This document shows, piece by piece, positions 38,362 to 42,666 of a stretch of DNA of 42,666 nt. Each line of letters opens with the position of its first letter. Positions within the stretch are counted from its first letter, which is position 1. A model generated the notes under the pieces. That model worked only from the letters and a program-made list of their open reading frames with translations. It made no database searches and was not told the origin of the DNA. The stretch spans positions 89,000,640-89,043,305 of the forward strand of contig NC_068989.1 in assembly GCF_001194135.2 (NCBI RefSeq), given 5' to 3'. The translations under genes were made by a program, and so were the position numbers. The stretch comes from Octopus bimaculoides. Lineage: Eukaryota.

Positions 38362-38823
38362 CATACATGCATACATACATACATACATACATACACACGT
38401 GTGTGTGTGCGCGCGATAACGTATATGTATGTGTGTCTTCTACATCTAGACTTACATATATATATTTCTGTACATGCATATAAATGCACGTTCTCACAAT
38501 TATACATTGTTGTGAAAATGTGCATGCATATGTTTGTGTGTGCGTACATATCTTCGTGTGCATGCCTGAACGTGTGTTTATGTGTACGTGTGTTCGTTAG
38601 ACAGCGAACTCCGTGCGTGTGTGCACTTAAGGAATGTAATTCTATATTGGAATGTATGTGTTCGTGCATCAGCTTGCGTGTATTCCTGGCACGTGTAACA
38701 ACACGTGTGCATTTGAGTATGTTGAGAGTGAGTTGTTGATTCGCCCCAAGTCAGCCCGGATCAAGCACTGCAATGTTGACAGGCTCTCCAACCGTGCCAG
38801 CACTGATGCTCTTTTATGAAAAC

Positions 38824-38854
<31 letters not shown>

Positions 38855-39087
38855 GTGTGTGTGCTTATGTTTGTGTGTCTGTGTTTGTCCCCCCAACATC
38901 GCTTGACAACCGATGCTGGTATGTTTATGTCCCCGTAACATAGCGGTTCGGCAAAAGAGAACGATAGAATAAGTACTAGGCTTACAAAGAATAAGTCCTG
39001 GTATCGATTTGCTCGACTAAAGGCGGTGATCTAGCATGGCCACAGTCAAATGACTGAAACAGGTGAAAGAGTTAAAGAGTAAAGAGT
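38824..39087 (+). mobile_element. Family A SINE 3' half
   Basis: Microsatellite then ctgtgtttgtccccccaacatcgcttgacaaccgatgctgg...ggcggtgatctagcatggccacagtcaaatgactgaaac and (aaagagt)n end. Confidence 0.92.
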
Positions 39088-39319
39088 ATTTCATTCTTGG
39101 TCACCTGCCGGTTGGCTCGGCTTGAAAAGTCCGTTTTGCGATTCTTTCCTGTGACATTCTAATCACAAATTCGTTGAACGGAGAGATGTGTTCTCTCAAT
39201 GCGGAGGCGTATCGGCTCGCCCTGACAGAGTCCTTGATCTCCGAGCCACGCACCCTGTCGAGTAACGTTACTCCAGAGAAGTAACCAATACAAATATAAA
39301 AATAGAGAAGATATATTCA

Positions 39320-39727
39320 TTTCAAATTTTGGCACAAGGCCAGCAATTTCGATGTAGGGGTGAGTTGATTAGATCGACCCTAGTCTCCAACTGGTTCTTA
39401 TTTTATCTACCCCGAAAGGATGAAAGGCAAAGTCGACCTCGGCGGAATTTGAACTCAAAATGTGAAGACGGACGAAATGCCGCTAAGTATTTCGTCCGGC
39501 ATGCAAATGGTTCTGCTAGCTTGCCGCCTTCAATAGAGAGGATATGTTGATTTCAAATTTTGACACAAGGTCTGCAATTTCGAGTTGGGGATAAGTCGAT
39601 TACATCGACTCTAGTGATGGAACTTATTCCATCGACAACGAAAGGATGAAAAGACAAAGTCCACCTCAGCGGAATTTGAACTCTGAATGTGCCCGGCGTG
39701 GTAACCATTCTGCCAGCTCGTCGCCTT
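39320..39727 (-). mobile_element. Two family B SINEs (39320-39530, 39550-39727)
   Basis: Both run from tail tttcaaatttt to head gccgcctt; the second lacks part of the head. Confidence 0.9.
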
Positions 39728-39827
39728 CATTAGAGAAGATATATTGTTGTTGTTGTCATCATCATCATCATTATTATTAAGACGGATGAGGCCCCGTGCT
39801 TCCAGTAGAAAGGATAATTATTATCAT

Positions 39828-39873
39828 TATTAAAGCGGTGAGTTGGCAGAAACGTTAGCACGCCAGCCGAAAT
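39828..39873 (+). mobile_element. Family B SINE head cut by gap
   Basis: aaagcggtgagttggcagaaacgttagcacgccagccgaaat. Confidence 0.75.
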
Positions 39874-40022
39874 NNNNNNNNNNNNNNNNNNNNNNNNNNN
39901 NNNNNNNNNNNNNNNNNNNNNNNNNNNNNNNNNNNNNNNNNNNNNNNNNNNNNNNNNNNNNNNNNNNNNNNNNNNNTAATAATAATAATAATAATAATTA
40001 TTATTATTATTATTATTATTAT

Positions 40023-40245
40023 AAACTCACAGTTTATTTTGCTGGGCATCATGGAAAGTGTCAGCTGTCCACAGCCAGCAGACTAAGGTGACACTTGTTT
40101 ACTGGTCATGCTTCAAGAACCCTGCGAAAAATTCTTGCAGTTCCAAGCGATGCTGATTTTTGTAGGACCAATCTTTTTTCAGCCATGCTGGTAGTTGAGT
40201 GCTGATATTTCCAAGTGCACCAATTACTGTTGGCATCACGTCTAC
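40023..40245 (-). mobile_element. R4/Dong-clade extreme 3' end with (AAT)n tail
   Basis: VMPTVIGALGNISTQLPAWLKKIG / LGTARIFRRVLEA*, short 3' UTR, then (AAT)n at 39977-40022. Confidence 0.8.
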
Positions 40246-40246
40246 T

Positions 40247-40308
<62 letters not shown>

Positions 40309-40699
40309 TATGACGTGGAAAGACATGACTTACCGCGTCGCAGAATTTGTTTTAGAACAAGCGTAACTAAAGGGGAATCCTTCTGGAAAGTTGCTGGATA
40401 TCTCATCCATAGTTGTAGAGAATTGAGGTTGGTTATTTTAAAATATTTTTCAACATAAATTTGTTGCGTTTCCATTCAACCAAAAATGACAACGAGGGAT
40501 GAGGGTAAAATCCCATTTAAAAAAAAAAACAAAAAAAAACAAACTCAAACGAACACAATTACACAGAAAAGAAAAAGGTGACACGAACATATATTTTGCA
40601 ACCCGGCGAACGCGTTTTGAAAAAAGAAATAACATTTCTGTAAACTTTAAAGGGAAAACAATTTGAACGACGCTTTTGCCGGTAGTAAAATACCAACGT

Positions 40700-42000
40700 A
40701 CATTTTGTTGATGATCGAAACTGTTAGTGGTCGGAGTTTTGTTCCAAGTTAAGTGTTAAACACAGGCAATTTTTATACGTGGGTAGAATGCAGTCAAAGA
40801 AGACAGCTTAGTAGGGCTGTGTCACAAAGTGTGTGTTTCCTTGTCCGAGAAATTTGTTCAAGAGCGAGTAAGGGGAAAAGTGACAACTTCCACCTCAAGA
40901 AAAGCAAGGGAACACGCTTTGTATTTTCAAAGGATTGAAGTTGGCCTTGGGTGATTTGTGGAGCAATGTATGCTAGCCATCGATCAGAGCAAGGCATGCA
41001 GAAATCTTTGTCAGATTTTCAAGACTGAGAAGGAAACGATATGTTGAGCAGAATTTGTGAAACATACCTGCCGTGCGGCTGATACTTCGATAGATTGACA
41101 AGTACAGTATAAGAGTAACATCCAGGATCATGGGTAATGACATTGACTTCTGGCTCATTCTCACTTTTGTAGTGCAACATGGATGAGTGATGAGTACAGA
41201 GCGAACAAAAATTGCTATCTGGTCGGGAAAAAAGTCAGTGTGGATTTATAAATTTTCATAACACTCGACTATCACGAGGCCATTCTGGAAATGTAATTTG
41301 GAAACAGCGCCAGTGAGATTGAAGACTGGGAAATCAGATCAGAAAGCTCAGCTGTTACACTTCTAGCCAAAAGTTCCACTTGAAATATTTCCGCTTTGAA
41401 GAGTTGCAATCTTCTCGTTAAAAAGACGATTGCAGCTCGTCTCTTTAACGGAACTGCAATCCTGGGTCAGACAAAGTTTGAAACAGGACACTCGGCATCT
41501 GGAATATCGTCAAGCGCTCACAATCCTCTTGTAGGGCAATGCAGTTGGTGGAAGTCCCACGTTGGCTTTCTACAGAAGATTAGTGGCGGGTAAAAGCGAC
41601 AGTAATCTCGAGCAAACTCTGCACGTCGATAAAAATCAATAGGCTATTCTAGTCCGAAGAAGTTTCGGGTGGAGACCATGGATAATTTCCAGAACTTCCG
41701 GACCTAGCAGTACTAGTGAAGTGAAGTTGGGTGTTGCTGACTAGAGACAAACTCTAGCGACATGGAAGTGTCGTCAGGCACCTGTCCGAGGTGCGCGCAG
41801 AGTATCAAAACCATTCTGTATTCGCTCCTCTACTGCCCGAACATTGCTGACTTGAGAAAGTTATATCGACCAGCAGCTGCTATGTGTGGGACGGATCCAG
41901 CTATCAGTTGAATCCACTATAAAGATCGTCTCGCCATTTTCGCTTGACCGGAAAGGGAAGCCATTCTTTATCCGTCCTGTGGTTCTGTCGAAAGACGTTG
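40700..42000 (-). pseudogene. Putative BEL/Pao LTR-retrotransposon gag-protease relic
   Basis: Ordered, frame-shifted motifs: EWLPF (41952-41966), QLLVDI, EER..AHLGQ (41782-41796), GLE*PID, CSLCTHHSSMLH (41172-41207; cf. C..C...HHTLLH), ALIDG (40976-40990; cf. ALLDSG). No LTRs seen. Confidence 0.5.
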
Positions 42001-42049
42001 TGTGGTGGGTAAGAATGAAAAGATAGAAAGCAGACCTCATTTTTGTTTG

Positions 42050-42195
42050 AACTATTTTGTTTGTCGTGATTTTCTGATCGAGCAGATTTATAATGAAAGC
42101 TTTCCGATCTATGACTGCTCTGTTTTGTTGTTGCTGATGTTCAGATAATTTAGCTGCTATTTCTAGCAGTTTAGTGACCACATACAGGCTCTTTA
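42050..42195 (-). mobile_element. Family D repeat, decayed
   Basis: atttagctgctatttctagcagtttagtgaccac; minus-strand ggaaagctttcattataaatctgctcgatcag resembles 7093-7135. Confidence 0.6.
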
Positions 42196-42489
42196 TTTGG
42201 ACATAGAGTTTTTTTTTATTGGCATGAATGTGTGTGCGTGCGTGTACGCGTGTGTGTGTGTTTATGTTGCTGGAATATGAAGAGGTCGTTGCAAGAGAGA
42301 GGCGTGAATTGTCTCAGGTGGCCAACCATGAAATTTAGTTGGCATCAGACATGTTATAATCTGTATTTTCTCGCTCGACTGCATTGAAAAAGAGAGCCGT
42401 CAAGCTTGGTCTGTGAGCATTCTGTCACACGAAACAGGCTCTCTAACAAACTTCACAACAACCAACGAACCACGGTTTTTGTCACTGGT

Positions 42490-42666
42490 TCTACCCCTAT
42501 CATCACCATGACCAACCCAAATATCACCATCGCCATCATAAATACCAGTACCACTACTATCACCACCACCACCACCACCAGTACCACCACCACCACCACC
42601 ACCATCATCACCAGTGCAAATATCAGCAACAGCAGTGCCACCAACTCTACCACCAATACTAATAGC
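42490..42666. repeat. Degenerate (ACC)n
   Basis: Direct reading. Confidence 0.9.

Noticed and set aside
41861-42181. 106-aa ORF with a QQQQ N-terminus suggesting a gag or protocadherin tail
   Set aside because: Its first 45 or so codons are a family D repeat copy (homologous to 6960-7155), so the ORF is a chance fusion.

Overview
Repeat-dense metazoan non-coding DNA from a gappy short-read scaffold: 15 N-runs total about 6.0 kb (14%), most abutting microsatellites. The repeat content points to an octopod cephalopod, probably Octopus; this is recognition from memory, not a database result. I find no intact protein-coding gene, tRNA/rRNA gene or CRISPR array. Nearly all long ORFs in the track are N-gap or microsatellite artefacts. 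Supported content: (1) about 30 copies or fragments of at least four tRNA-derived SINE-like families, which I label A (CORE/OR2-like), B (Meta-domain-like), C (V-like) and D (unassigned); (2) decayed non-LTR retrotransposons: three R4/Dong RLE-type, two RTE and one CR1; (3) a mariner derivative built from two left ends; (4) a very decayed BEL/Pao gag-protease relic; (5) hAT-, pogo- and foldback-type MITEs; (6) a 14-bp minisatellite and many SSRs. I do not see a convincing new gene system. The best leads are mobile-element mechanics: a SINE/CR1 shared 3' stem-loop with compensatory changes, a SINE-head/LINE-tail chimera, a (TAA)n-flanked 570-bp element, a triplicated target site, and a run of three inverted-repeat structures at 16.2-17.8 kb, one of which is probably a misassembly. 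Protein-motif matches were made by eye and need HMM confirmation.
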